A stretch of 64,000 nt of DNA from Vicugna vicugna. Lineage: Eukaryota. Where the stretch lies: assembly GCA_013265495.1 (NCBI GenBank), contig MU058198.1:818419-882418 (forward strand). The letters are read 5' to 3'. The stretch's first letter is position 1. Each line of letters opens with the position of its first letter. Position numbers and translations under genes: made by a program. A model generated the notes under the pieces. That model saw only the letters and a program-made list of their open reading frames with translations, ran no database searches and was not told where the DNA came from. Of this stretch, positions 37,106-50,389 are shown in pieces.

Positions 37106-39221
37106 GAACCCACTGAACAGGAATGCATTTGATCTTTCCTGCAATCCTGTGATGCAGATAAAGAGGGAGTTGTTTTTGTCCTTATTTTGCAGTTGAGGAA
37201 ACAGAGGCTCAGAGAGCCTTAGCAGCTTGCCCAAGCCACTGAGAGCGTTCATTCATTCAATTAATAAATAAATGTGATACGGGCCAGGCGCTGTCCTAGG
37301 TGCTGGAGACACAGCAGAGAAAAAGACAGACAAAAGCTCCCGGGCTGTTAGAACGGGCACGCTAGTCTGGGGAGAGAAAACCGGCAGGACATGTGGTCTA
37401 AAGCCCAGAAACACGTAGCCCCTTAGATGGATGAACGCCATGGGGCGTGCTGACGTGCCGTTCCAAAGAGGGTAGTGAGAGAAGACGCCTGTGAGCAGAG
37501 GCTTGTGGGGTGGGGCGAGAGAGAGCACGTCCCTGTTTGGGGAAGAGCATTCCAGGCAGCGAGGGCAGCAAGCAGCCTTTGCACTTTCCAGCACGCCACG
37601 TCGCCCTCTCTCTCCTCTAGGCCTTGTTGAATTTTGCCACCCCTGAAGGCCAGCTGTGCCTTCCCCTCCTCCTTTTGAACCCTGCAGGCCTTGAGCGGTT
37701 GGCGGACTTCCTGTAAGCCTCTGGAGGTGGCCTGCAATGGAGCCACTGCGCCACAAGGTGGCAATGCTTCCCACAGATATGGCTCCTCACTCAGCTCTGC
37801 GGAGGTCTGGGTGTAAATGGTGCAAGCAGCGCTATTTCTCTTTGTCCTTGAAAGGACAGCAACTTTGGGCTCCAAAGAGCAGACTTCTTTATGTTTTATT
37901 GCTCTTTGTGTCTCCACCTTCTGAAGAAGAGTAATGGGAGGTCAAGGTGAGAAAGGAGAGTAGGGATCTCCCTGGGAAATGTTGAAATGACCACAGATGT
38001 AGGATTTTGGATGAGATGAGGAAGTTGGGCTCAGAGAGGGGAAGTAAGTGATCCAAGGTCACCCAGCTGAGTGGTGCCAGAACTGTACGTTCTGATCCCT
38101 GGACCAGTTCTTGTCCACTGTGTCACTCTTCCTGCTTCCCCAGGCCTAGGACACAAATTGGGTCAGTGCTGGGCTGGTGGGCTGGTGGGAAGTGGAGTGG
38201 GGAGAGTAGTGGAATGAGCACTGGATGCAGAGTCCAGAGTCCAGAGCTTCACATCCAGCTCATGAGAAGTGGAACCAGAAAGGTGGTCCATCTCTGTTGC
38301 CAGGGCAGACCGCAGGACTCAGTTTTCTTATCTGTAGAATGGGAATAAAAAATGGGGTTGTACCTGTATGTAAAGACCAAATGTGGGCTAACCTTTGGGG
38401 TGAGACCTTTATTCTGACCCCTACAGTGGGGAACTTTTAAAATGACTCCAACTTTGGAGAATCAGGTACACCTGGTTTCAGAGCCCACTTGATAGGTGTG
38501 TGATCTTAGCCTCTCTGAGCCTCAGTTTCCTCCTCTGCAAAATGGGTCCAATAATATCATGGATTAAATGAGGTGATCCAGGTGAAGAGCCCAGCCCAGT
38601 CCTTGACAGTATAAATGTTCACTACATATTAATACTGGATTGGAGTGGGGAGGAGAGGAGAGCTAAGATCAGAATGGGGGTGGGGGATGCTCAGAAATAC
38701 AGTCAGGTTAAAAGTTCAACACCTAGTCATTTCCCTACAGTGAGGGAAAGTGCACTGAAAGTAAAGGTAAAATAATAACCACAGCAGCTACCGTTTCTCA
38801 AGCATGTTCGTAACTTCATTTGTTGCTCACAATCATCCAGGAAGTGGGCACTATTGTTTAAGCCCATTTTACAGCAGTAGTGACTGAGGCTCATAGAGGT
38901 TAGTATCTTGCCTAAGGTCACACACCCAAAGACTAGTAGAGCTTGAACTTTTCAGGCTCAGTCAGGGGGCTCCAGTGTCTCTCAGCTTCTCTAATATTCT
39001 GTTAACCTAATCTCTGTACTCTTGGGATGGTAAAATCTACAGGGACCCATTTTGCGATGCAGATTCTGACCTTAACCCTTGTGGATACTCTCCAGTTCTC
39101 CTAAAAAAACCCCAAAATAAGCATTGTAGCCTAACTCCAGGGGAGAAGTGAAGCAACTTTTTCTTAAAAACAATTATCCTTTAAATTTTTTTTACTGTGA
39201 TAATTTTCACAGTCATATACA

Positions 39222-39245
39222 GTGTGTGTGTGTGTGTGTGTGTGT
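39222..39245. repeat. (GT)n microsatellite
   Basis: Directly visible. Confidence 0.9.
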
Positions 39246-39409
39246 TACGTCATTGCCCAGCTTCAGCGGTCATCAGCATTTGTCATCTTGTTTCCTCTGT
39301 CCCCACAGTCAAAATTAGTTTTTTTTCTCAAGAGGAATTTCTCAAGATTTATCTTAAAGAAAATCTTGTTGATCGCACCCCACTCCCTCACCATACAATT
39401 TCCCCCCAT

Positions 39410-39670
39410 CTTTATTGTGACATAATTGATGTATAACATGATGTAAGTGTAAGGTATATAATGTAATGATTTGATGCATATGTATTTTGCAAACTTACTA
39501 GCAAAGTTAGGTTAGTTAACATATCCATCACCTCACATAGCTACAAATTTTTTTTGTGTGGTGAAAACTTTAAGAATCTACTTTCTTAGTCACTTTCAAA
39601 TGTAAAATACAGTATTATATAGTTAATATGCTGTACATTACAGCCCCAGAACTTATTCATCTTATGGCAG
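39410..39670 (-). mobile_element. L1MA-type 3' end fragment
   Basis: gttagttaacatatccatcacctcacatag..atctactttcttag..ctttcaa..gctgtacattacagccccagaacttattcatctta. Confidence 0.75.
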
Positions 39671-40109
39671 TCACTTTTTTTTCTTTTCCTGGAAGTGTTT
39701 AAAGTAGAATCCTAGACATCGTATTATGTTATGGGCTGCATATTTTATTTTTTTTTATTCAGCCATACTGGCCTGTTGGGTCTATCTCTATCAGGAATGA
39801 TGTATTTCATTGCAAGTAAGAGATTTAAATAATAGAGCATGAACACTAAATGCATTTGATTAATTTGTATGATGGGAAGTCTGGAAGTAGGCAGTTCTGA
39901 GGGTTGGGGAAGTGACTCAATGATGGTTAGGCATTAGTGTGGTTATCTTTACGAAGTCTCAGTCTTTACCTCATGGCCCCAAGATGGCTGCCAGAGCTCC
40001 AAGCGTCATGTCCTCACACAAGAGCATTCAAAACAGAAAAGGGGGGTAGGAAGTGATCAAGAGGGTTATCTCCTTGTTGGAACCTGCAGCTGTCCACAGG
40101 AATGGGACA

Positions 40110-40785
40110 TGTACGCTGTCACAATGGCCAGAGGGTGTCAAGGCCATTTAGAGTGCGGGGACCAGAGATGTTACATATCCTGCAATACATGCGGCAGTCC
40201 TCCCAGTGAAGAATGTTCCTACTAGACATTCATTATAGTCATCTGAGCCTAGAAACTAAGTCCGCTTTGCATATAAACACTGCATGCATTGAGGGTTTTA
40301 ATGTTGACCAGCTTCCCCAGGGATGCAGCTACAGACTGTAACAAAGGGAAACTGTACTTTGTTTTGTTGAGAGTATTAACAAGAGTTGCTGCCTGTCTAT
40401 CGCAGGAACTCACATCACTGATGGTGACCAGCTGGTTGGTGTCTGAGGGACCACCCACAGGCCCGTGCCTGTTGGTGCTTGTGGCTGTCACGTCTATGGT
40501 GATTTTTGAGTCCAGTGACAAGCACGTGACTGCTTCATCCTGATGTCTTCTGGGTAGTGGTGTCTGAGCACTCATATGTTGAAATGCCTATCATTTTTAT
40601 TATAGATATCCCTTAATTTTTTTCTTTATATTACAATCAGGTCATTATCCTGATTCAACAACAAAAATTCATGTGTGTAGACGTCCTTGAGTTTCGCTAC
40701 AAGGGAGTCACAGAGGGGGGATTACAAACATTTTTATTATAAAAAAGAGGAGCTATTGGGTCTGAAAGGTTGTGACCCCTCAGCC
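40110..40785. mobile_element. hAT-Charlie element (MER20B-like)
   Basis: ggcc.tttagagtgcggggaccagagatg..atatcctgcaat..acagtcc..gaagaat start and an end at gggtctgaaaggttgtgaccc. Confidence 0.5.
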
Positions 40786-41084
40786 TGGAAGTTTGTCCTG
40801 GAGATGGGTCACCCTCCCTGAGTGCAGGGCCCCCTGATCCCTGCACAAGACTGGGGAGCTGTTGGCAGGGAAGAAGGAGGGCGGCCGTTGGGTAGGAGGC
40901 TGTTGGTGTCTATCTCTCGCTGATCATGGGTTCCAGGGTCTCAGCAAAGATCCTGCCCCCCAGGGAGGCTCAGAAAGAGAAAGCTTCTGACAATTGAGGG
41001 TGAGTGGCAGCTGGGGAGAGAGGTGTGACTGTGTGCAGGGCAGGGCGGGGAGCTGGTACCCGGGAAGTGCTGTGGGTGGGCACA

Positions 41085-41480
41085 TGTGCTAGGTGTGTGT
41101 GGTATATATATGTATGTGTGCCACGGGTCTGTATATGTGGCAGGTGTATGCACGTGTGGTGTGTATCTTTACAGGTGATATGTATGCATGGGTGTATGTA
41201 TATGCACACGCTGTATGTATATGTACATGTGTGTGTGGTATGTATATATGCATGTGCTATGTACCTGTATACGTGATGCATATATGCATGTGTGGTATGC
41301 ATATGGATATGCATGTGGAGTACGTATATGTGCATGTATAGGCATGTAGACATGGATGTATATATGTGGTGCGCATATGAGTATATGGTCTATTTGTATA
41401 TGTTCTATGCATATGCATACGTTGTATGTGTATGGTTTGCGTATGTATATGTGTGTGGTGTGTAAATGTGTATATATATT
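41085..41480. repeat. Degenerate (TG/TA/CA)n low-complexity repeat
   Basis: ~400 bp of alternating purine-pyrimidine (gtatatgtgtgcatg...); source of the H/T/Y/C/V-rich pseudo-ORFs. Confidence 0.9.
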
Positions 41481-41819
41481 TTAATATTCTCTGATTTAGG
41501 TCACTGTCTAAACAGAAGACAGAGATAATGTTGGTTTGGATGCAAAACTTATTTCGTCAGAGAAGCTCTTCAGGGAAACTGCGTGCAGTGTTCTGTGGCT
41601 CCTCAAACAGCCTCTGTAGCAGAATAATAAAAACCGCGAGGCGTGGTCCTGGTGGTGGAGGCAGGAGGTGGGGGGGTGGTTCTGGGTTCTCTCTATGGCG
41701 TTTCTTTAAGCCAGTGCTGCCCTGACTTGCCTGAGGCTCAGAAGAAGTGGGCAAGGAGAGGATTTTGGATTTAATTTCAAGGGCTGTGGGAGCCACTGGT
41801 AGTTTGAGCAGGAGAGTGA

Positions 41820-42480
41820 CGGGCACTTAATAGAAATGCAGATTCCCAGGCCCCATTCCAGCCTCTGAGAATCAGAATCTGGGCAGGGGTGTCTAGGAGT
41901 GACAAGACCCCTGCCAGGTGATTCTTGTCGTTGTGCAAGTTCGGGAGACCGTGCCTCGTAGTGGCAGCCTCACACGTGAGTGTGCTTCAGACTCTCCCAG
42001 AGGGCTTACTGAACCACCGTGGCCTGGTCCCACCCCAGAGTTTCTTACTCAGTGGGTTGGGGAAGGACAGAGAATTTGCATTTTTAGCAAGTTCCCAGTG
42101 ATGCCGATGCTGTCGGTCCCTGGACCACACTCTGAGATGCACTGGCTCGTGGCAGGGGTTCGCAGCCCTGGATGCACATTGCAATCACTGGGAGCTTTAG
42201 CCAGGCCCAATGTCCTGGCCACACTAAGGCCCCAGTAAATCAGGATCTCTGGAGGTAGGGGCCAGGCATTAAAAAAACAAACAAACAACCCAACAAACTA
42301 ACCCTTTCCAGGTGATTCCAATGTCTAGTCAGGACTGAAAATCGTTATCTGAAAGTCTTAAACCCTGAACTGGTTATCGAAATGCAGCGTCTTCAATCTC
42401 CCTCCTGAATCAGAAAACACTTGGGCTGGGGTCCTTGGGTAAACCAGTGTCCCAGGTGCACTGAAATTTGAGACACTTCT
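41820..42480. mobile_element. Cluster of MER5A/B hAT MITEs
   Basis: Repeated aaatgcagattcc..gaatcagaatct..caggtgattct and agaatttgcattttta.caagttccca motifs. Confidence 0.75.
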
Positions 42481-43344
42481 TGGACCCTTTAGTCGCTGCC
42501 ACCTGCCACTTTTCAGTGTGCTGGGGGAAACGATGTGGAGGGGACCCAGCTCATCTAAGAAGACGATGAATGATGACAGCTGCCATGCAAGGAGCGCCCA
42601 CTGCAAGCTGGAACGTTCAGATACACCATCTCCTAGCTGCCAAGATAACTGTGAAAGAGATGGACGCCATTAGCCCCACTTGATGGATGGGAAAACTGAG
42701 GCACAGAGAAATGAAGCACCTCCTGGAGGCCACTCTGTGGGTAAGTGGCAGAGCCAGGTCTGATCCCAGATTCTCAAAGCGTTAAAGTCCCTTGTACTAA
42801 GCCATCTTGCCTTCTGCTTGGGGTGTTCTGTGGGCAGGGATGGGGTGGGAATTAGGGAGGCTTGCAGGAGAAGAACAAATTATTTTATATCAGTGAAGCA
42901 AAATGCCTGAGCGCCAGCGATCTCATCACTTCCTTCTGGGACTGGCATGTTGGCCTTAAAGGGTGAGTGGACCTCACTCGGGTAGTTGTAATTAACTCGC
43001 TGACTGCTGAGAATGCCGTAAAGCATTGCTAATGCAGCGTGTCTGTGATGCTGCTGGGGGCTCAAGGCCTAGGAGGAGCCAGCCAGCCCCAGGCTCCAGG
43101 GGTCAGCAGAAATGAAGGAATATTGGCGTGTCCAAACCATCACTCTGTTCTGGCTCTTTAGCGTGTGCCTGCCTGGCCTCAGACCTCAACTCCAGAAGCT
43201 TGATTAACGGGGTCTGAAGGAAGGCATTTAGGAAGTGAACTGGAGTTTGGGTTTCGACCTGCATGAGCTGCTTAGAACGTGGTAATTAAGACTTTGGATT
43301 GGATAATCTTGAGGTTAAATCCTTGCTCTGCCTCTCTGTCAAAA

Positions 43345-43945
43345 AAAATTGAAATCTAATTCACTTGCCATAAAATTCACCCCGTTGAAGTGCACAATTC
43401 AGTAGGTTTTAGTATATTCATTGAATAGTACAACCATCATCACTATCAGATCCAGAACACTTTAATCACCCCCGAAGAAACCCTGTCTCCCCATTGCAAC
43501 TGTCCCCATTCCCCTCTATCATCCAGCCCTGGGCAACCAACACACCAGTCGGCTTCCTGTCTCAATGGGTTTGTCTTTTCTGGATTCTTTATATCAAGGG
43601 AATCATACAATATGCGACCTTTGTGTCTGGCTTCTTTCACTGAGCGTCTTGTTTTCAAGGTTTGCCCATATTGCAGCCTGAATTAGTAGCGCATTCCTTT
43701 TTTACGGCTGTATAGTATTCCATTGTGTGGATATATCACATTTGGTTTATCCGTTCGATTTTGGATCGATCGATCCGTTGGATTTTTCTTGTCTTTTGAC
43801 TATTGTGACTTGCTGCTGTGAACATTTGTGCCCACGTTTTTGTGCAGGTTTACGTCCTCATTTCTTTTGTGCATATACCTGGGAGTGGAATGGCTGGGTC
43901 CTATGGCAACTACATGTTTAGCTTTTTAAGGAATTGCCAGACTAT
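43345..43945 (-). mobile_element. L1MB-type 3' fragment
   Basis: cataaaattcaccc.ttgaagtg.acaattcagt..tttagtatattca..tggcttctttcactgagc..tacctgggagtggaatggctgggtc. Confidence 0.8.
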
Positions 43946-46313
43946 TTTCATAGCATCTCCTGTGCTCCTTTTTGGGGCAGATTATCTCACCCCTCTGAGC
44001 CTCAGTCTCCTCCTCTGTCAAATGGGGATCATTAGAGTGCCAGGCTCACTGGGTTATGGTGATGGTGGAAGAAAATACTGGAGGCCCCACAGCACCATCC
44101 CTGGCCCCATGCCAAGCACTTAATAAATGTTAGTTATTATTAGTATTTACCAACATATTTACTTATTTATGAAAGGAATGCAGCCCCCAAACATACATAA
44201 CCCTCACCGGGAAGAGGAATAATAAAAATAGGCTTAGAAAATCGATGAGGATATAAGTGGCGCTGGTTCCTGGAGTGTAAGTGTGGGTTTTATTAAAATT
44301 CAGTATAGTAAGCATTTCTGCAGCAGGGCTGAGCTGATTCACTCTTACAGCCTGAGCAAAAGAGAGACATTTTGGGGCTCTAATCAGGCACCCGGGGGTC
44401 TGTTAGCTCCCCAAGGTGGCACTTCCCATCCTGGCATCTCATTTCTAGTTTGCCATTGAGGTAGGTAATCTGAAGACTGGCTAGATCTGTGGTTGGCTGG
44501 CACGGCGGGGAAGGAGTTAAGAAAGAAGCTGGAAGGAATTCTGATGAGCTGTCTACTGTCCCTGGCAGTAGTCGCAGTAGGAACAGTTACCATGTCTGAG
44601 CACTAATTATGCGCCAGGTGATTGGGCAGAGGCTGGGGATACAACCTGGACTGTTGACTGTCACAATTACATGAGTCCTTTTGGTCTAGGATGTAATCAG
44701 TAAATAATAACGTGTACTAAATACACGTTAGGTGCTGTGCTAACTTCCTCACATGAATCCTCTCTTTTAATCCACGTAATAGATCTAGAGGTTGTTTCCA
44801 TATAATTATTGCTTTATAGGAAAGGAAACAGAAGCTCAGACAAGTTAAAAGACTTACCCAAGGGCTCTCAGTGGGTAAGAAGGGAATTAAGAATTTGGTC
44901 GTGGGTCTGTTTGGCTCCAAGGCTTTGCCCAGACTCAAAGGCAGGCACCTGGGTTTGCTGATGTGCATAACGGAGCTGGGTCCTTCTTCTCCTGGATCCT
45001 CACCTCCTCCCCTTCAGTGGGCTCTGGCCACCCCAGCCTCCTTTCCGTTCTGAGAACACCTCCTTCTCTTCTTGGAGTCTTTGTACTTGCTGTTTCCTCT
45101 ACCTGGAACCTGCTCCCCGACAGCTCCTTCACTTAATTAACTCCTGTTATTCCTGAGTCCATAGCAGAGGTTACTCATTGCCTCTCAAAACAACTCTGGG
45201 GAGCACCTTAGAGACTACATTTCCCAACCTCTCTTAGAGAATGGTATGTTCATTTGATCAACTTCTGGCCAATGAAATAGAAATGGAGTGTTCTGTAAGG
45301 CTCCTTACAAAGGTGGGGGCGCATTTCCTTATTTTTCTATTGTCCTTGCAATGTCCTGTTGTCTGTGATGCAGATATGGTGGCTGGAGCTCTAGCAACCA
45401 TTTTGGACCATGAGGTAAACTTGAGAATGAAAGCATATGCTAAGGAATGTGAAACAGAAGAACCCAAAGAGGCTGGGCTCCTGATTAACTGGTGGAACTG
45501 TCAAATTAGTCCTGGGCTGATTCTGGCTTCTCATGGAATGAGAGTATATGGGCATATGGAGAGTGCCACTGGGTGTAGTTAGACAGGTTGTGCACTGCAC
45601 AAACCCAGGGACACCAGTTAAATAACAGTCTATGTGAATGCACGTCCTGAAATTGTAGTGCCTGTCCTGTGTGACTGTTCATGGCAGCCCCGTCTACAAG
45701 GTAAGGAGGGACCTTGACCATGAGTTTATTCAGTGAACTCCTGGCGCTTACCAGGATGTCTGGACCATTGTCAGTCCTCTGAACAAATATTGGTTGCAGG
45801 ATGAAAAAAAAGATGGATGTCTTGAGCTGGGTACTGAGGGCACCCAGAGTTGGGCAAGGCATGGAAATGGTAGCAAGAAGGCGTGGTCAGGCCTTTAATC
45901 CAGGGAAAAGCGAGGGATGCTGGGGCTCAGAGGGAGGTGGCCGCCTGCCTGGGGGAGCTGGAAGCTCTGTGGACTGAGGAGGCCCTTCTCTTACCTGGTC
46001 TCAGATTTCCATCTGCAAAATGAGATTACGGCAGAAAAGTGGTTTTGTTTGACCTTAAATTTCATTTTATTTTATATCTTGATTTGTTTTAAGTAGGCAA
46101 TGCTTATAGTACAAAAAAAGGCATAGGAAGAAAAGTAAATTTCTTTTCACTTCTAATTCCCAGAACCTGCTCCCCTACACACCCTCTGCACCACCTCTGT
46201 ACTCACCTACCCACGGAAAAACCCACTGGTTACCACTATAACCAGTATTTTAAAAAGGGAATAAATTTGTTTTATTTCATGAAGGCACTTTAAAACAGGC
46301 AGGTCTATGAAGT

Positions 46314-46385
46314 GGGGATATAGCTCAGTGGTAGAGTGCATGCTTAGCATGCATGAGGTCCTGGGTTCGATCCCCAGTGTCTCCA
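46314..46385 (+). tRNA. tRNA-Ala(AGC)-like gene or tail-less retrocopy, intact cloverleaf
   Basis: Acceptor GGGGATA/TGTCTCC+A with G3:U70; D arm GCTC/GAGT; anticodon arm CATGC-TTAGCAT-GCATG (AGC 46346-46348); T arm CTGGG-TTCGATC-CCCAG; TTTT ~27 nt downstream; no SINE tail. Confidence 0.6.
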
Positions 46386-46534
46386 CTGTGTCGTGCCCTT
46401 GCTTGGGAGACATTTTCCTTCTACTTTGCGATCACAGACCACTCCTGTAGAATCTGGAAAATTAATCATCTTGCCCCCAAGTACTTGTATTTTGCTCTGG
46501 TTATGCTTCATACCCCTTCTGTTTCAGTTTCAAA

Positions 46535-47680
46535 TTTTAAATTGACTTATAACTGACCTATAACATTATACTAGTTTCAGGTGTACAATATAGTGATTTG
46601 ATATTTGTATATATTGTGAAATGATCACAATAAGTCTAGTTAATATCCATCACCACACGGAGTTACAAAAATATTTTTTCTTGTGATGAGAACTTTTACG
46701 ATCTACTTTTGTAGCAACTTTCAAAAAATGCAATACAGTATTCTTAGCTATAGTCACCATGCTATACATTGCATCTCCATGACTTATTTATTTATTTAAT
46801 TTAAATTTGTTTTTTTTTTTTTGCAGGGGGAGGTAATTAGGTTTATTTATTTATTTTGATGGAGGTCCTGGGGATTGAACCCAGGACCTTGTGCGTGCCG
46901 AGCATGCACTCTACCACTTGAGCTATACCCTCCTCCCAGTGACACTTAGTTTATAATGGGAAATTTGTACCTTTTAACCCCCCACACTCATTTTGCCCAG
47001 CCCCCACCCCCCTGCTTCTGACAACCATCAATCTGTTCTTTTTATCTATGAGCTCTTATATTTTTAAGACTCCACATATAAGAGAGATCATATATTTGTC
47101 TTTCTCTGACTTATTCACTTAGCATAAAGCCCTCAAGTTCCATTCACATTGCTGCAAATGGCAAGATTTCCTTCTTTTTTATGGCTGAGCCATATCTCTC
47201 TATGTATCTATGTCTCGCATTTCCATTACCCACTCACCCATCGATGGACACGTGGGATTTTTCCCTATCTTGGCTATAATGAATAGTGCTGCAGTAAACA
47301 TGGGGGTGCATATATCTTTTCAAGCTACTGTTTTTGTTTTCTTTAGGTAAATACCCCAAAGTGGAATTTGCTGAATCACATGGTAGTTCTTTTTTACATT
47401 TTTTGGAGGGAACTTCATGCTGTTCTCCATGGTGGCTACACCAATCCACATTCCTACCAAACATGCACAAAGGCTCCCTTTTCTCCACATCCTCAGCAAC
47501 ACTTGTTATTTTTTGTCCTTTTGATGATAGCCATTTTGACAGGTGTGAGGTGATATCTCTTTGTAGTTTTGATTTGCATTTCCCTGATGATTAGTGATGT
47601 TGAGCGACTGTTCTTGTACCTGTGAGCCATCTGTGTGTCTTCTTGGAGAAACGTCTATATTCAGATCCTCTACCCTGTAA
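46535..47680 (-). mobile_element. L1 3' region including degenerate ORF2 C-terminus, interrupted by a SINE
   Basis: Minus-strand remnants such as MWRKGSLCACLVGM..MENSMKFP and L1 3' UTR motifs. Confidence 0.85.
46785..46937 (-). mobile_element. Vic-1-type tRNA SINE nested in L1
   Basis: ggggaggtaattaggtttatttattt..ggggattgaacccaggacct..gcatgcactctaccact.gagctataccctcc. Confidence 0.85.
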
Positions 47681-47685
47681 CCAGT

Positions 47686-47709
47686 TGTGTGTGTGTGTGT
47701 GTGTGTGTG
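47686..47709. repeat. (TG)n microsatellite
   Basis: Directly visible. Confidence 0.9.
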
Positions 47710-50389
47710 CATCTTTCCAGAGTTATCTGTATAATACAGTACATATGCTATATACGTATGCATTGAATTTGAATATCTCTAAAACAGAAATTTATTCTTT
47801 TATAATAGTTAATTATTTATTTTAAACATAAAATAGGAGTTGAGAAAATAGCAATTGTTAGTGATTATTAAATGATCATTACTGAAAATAATTTTGTTAT
47901 TAATCGCATACTGTTTTATACCTTGCCATTTTTTTCCATTTAAGAAAATGCCTTGACGTTGCTTCATTCGTCTGACCTCTTCTTTCATTTTAACGGTAGC
48001 CTAGTAGAATATTCCACTGTAAGACTCTACTGTAATTGATTTAGCTGGTTTCCTGCTGGGAAATGAGTTATTTCTGATCTTTTGCTGCTACAGACAATGC
48101 TGAAAATGAATATCCGCGTACTTAAATCTTTTTACACATGTACAATTACATCAGATGGTTAAACTCCTAGGAGTGGAATTGATGCCTCAAAGATTGACAG
48201 TGCTTGTAATTTTCATAGATACTGCCCACCTGGGGGACTTACCAGTTTGCCTTCTCACAAGCCTGTTCCCCAATGACCTTATCCGCCTATTTCCAAACTT
48301 TCAGATGGATTGTTTTACTAGATTTTCTTGTTATAAGTGAAGTGATCATCCTTTCGTATGTGTAAGAATCATCTGTATTTCTCTTTCTGTCAACTATCTG
48401 TTCATCTCTTCTGCCCTTTCTCTACTAGATCAGATTATTGGTCTTTTTATTATCTATTTGTAGAAACACTTTGTAAGCTAGAGGGATTAGCCCTTGGTCT
48501 ATGATGATCAAACTTTTGATCTTTGCCATGTTGATTGGTGAAAAACAGTATCATGTTGTGGGATTCCTGTTTCTGGGTGAGGTCAGTGTCTTGTGTCTAA
48601 AATCCTTTGGTATTTCCTTCTGTAAACTCTGCTTGTGGTCTGTATAGCAGTGGTTCTTAACTGGGGTTAAGCATGAGAGTCACCTGGTGGGACATCTTTG
48701 AAATAGGTGAACGCAGCCCCCAGCCCTGGGGATTCTCTTGCAGTGGGTCAGGGCGATTCTAAAACATACAGGAGCTGATACTTACATGCCCCCTTAGTCA
48801 TGAATCCAGGGCATCAATGATCCAGGGGCCATTTTCTGCCCAGTATTGACGTGGGGTAAACATGTAGCAGTGGCAGGAAGGAGGAGAGTTAGGCAGGGAG
48901 AGAGTCGATAATCCTTCTTGCTGTGGTGTCCAGTGGGGCTCGCAGACAGAGCAGCTCGGGGGCTAACGCGGCTCAGCTCTGGTTGCCATGGTAGCCGGTC
49001 CATTCTCTGGCACTTGGTTGGGGAATCGGTACCGCCATGTGCATGCCCTGGGGATCGTGGCCTGAGAGGACGTGGGGTTGACAAACAGCTAGGTCTTCAG
49101 AAAATTCTTGGAAGACAGATCCAGGAGGGACAAGCCCGAGGGTTCAAGGGACCATGGTCAGAAGCTGTGTGAGGAGAAAGGGCCTTCTGCTCTCCCCATC
49201 TCTTTCTCTTTGAAGGAATTTAGTGGTTCCATCATTTTATCTTAGAAGAAGCAGCCAGCAGGAGGAAGGTTTATGAAACATAAATTCCCAGTATTGCTGT
49301 TTTGTCTTAAGAGCAAAGCTTGAAACAAAAGAGTTTGCAGAGAAAGTTTGCAGGAAATTAAGTTAGGGTGGACAAGATTAGAGAAGGGAACTTAAAAGGT
49401 AGAATTAGACACATGCTGTGTTTATTTCTGCTGCTTGATTTCAAATGGCTTTAATATATTGAATAAAGACAAAGTAATATTTATAACAATACAATGAATA
49501 TAAATCTATTGCAACCCTCACTGAGTGTACTCCCCGGCTGCAGACCTAGTGTCTTCCACCCAGAGTGGATTATTTTTTAATATCTCCCTCCTTTATGCAG
49601 CAAAACTACTTTCAATAAAAATAACTTACCAATCACTAATACTTACTATTTTCCTAATTCATTCTTAGATTTAAAATAAACCATTAAAAAAGAAGTGTAC
49701 ATTTCTATTTACATGTATTATTCCAATTCAATAAAATATTGAATATATGAATCAGAATTTGGAACTACCACAAAATTTACACCTTGTAGTTCATATCTTT
49801 TCACTGTTTTAAATGTTGAACACAAATTAAAAACTCCAGGTGGGTCAGACACAATGGCATAAGTGCCAAACTCAAGTTCTCTTTCTGTTTCTTTAGATCA
49901 CTGCGCTATCGCTGCTCATTTCCAATATAATATTTAAACACAGAAATATGTAATTATCACAGAGGTTAGAGATGCAAATTGCACCCCAAACAAACCCAAA
50001 CTAATTCAAATTGTTACAAATTTACAACTGAAATTGAGTAGATGTTGTTCAATCTGCTCTGTACGTTAGAGGCTGGCTGTGTAACTAGTTCTCCAAACTA
50101 GCTTAATGTAGAACACAATGTTTATTAAAGATTCTATCCATCAGGGGCCACTCAGGAGACACATACTACACCAGTAATTTGAATAGGGAAAATTTTATTA
50201 GAAAATTATGAACTAGTAGAGGAGATAGCTCCAGGGAGAGGTAAAGAAACTCTAAACAATATGGGAATAGCAATGTAGGAGGCAGTTTCTAACTCTAGGG
50301 CTGAGAGAGAGTCCTCAAGTGTATTAGTTTGCTATGGCTGAGTAACAAATTAGCACAAATTTAGCAGTTTAAAACAATACTTATTTAGC

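Noticed and set aside
40970..41353. H/T/Y- and V/C/Y-rich ORFs
   Set aside because: Translations of a dinucleotide low-complexity repeat.
47234..47594. ORFs resembling L1 ORF2
   Set aside because: Frameshifted C-terminal remnants of a dead L1, not a host gene.
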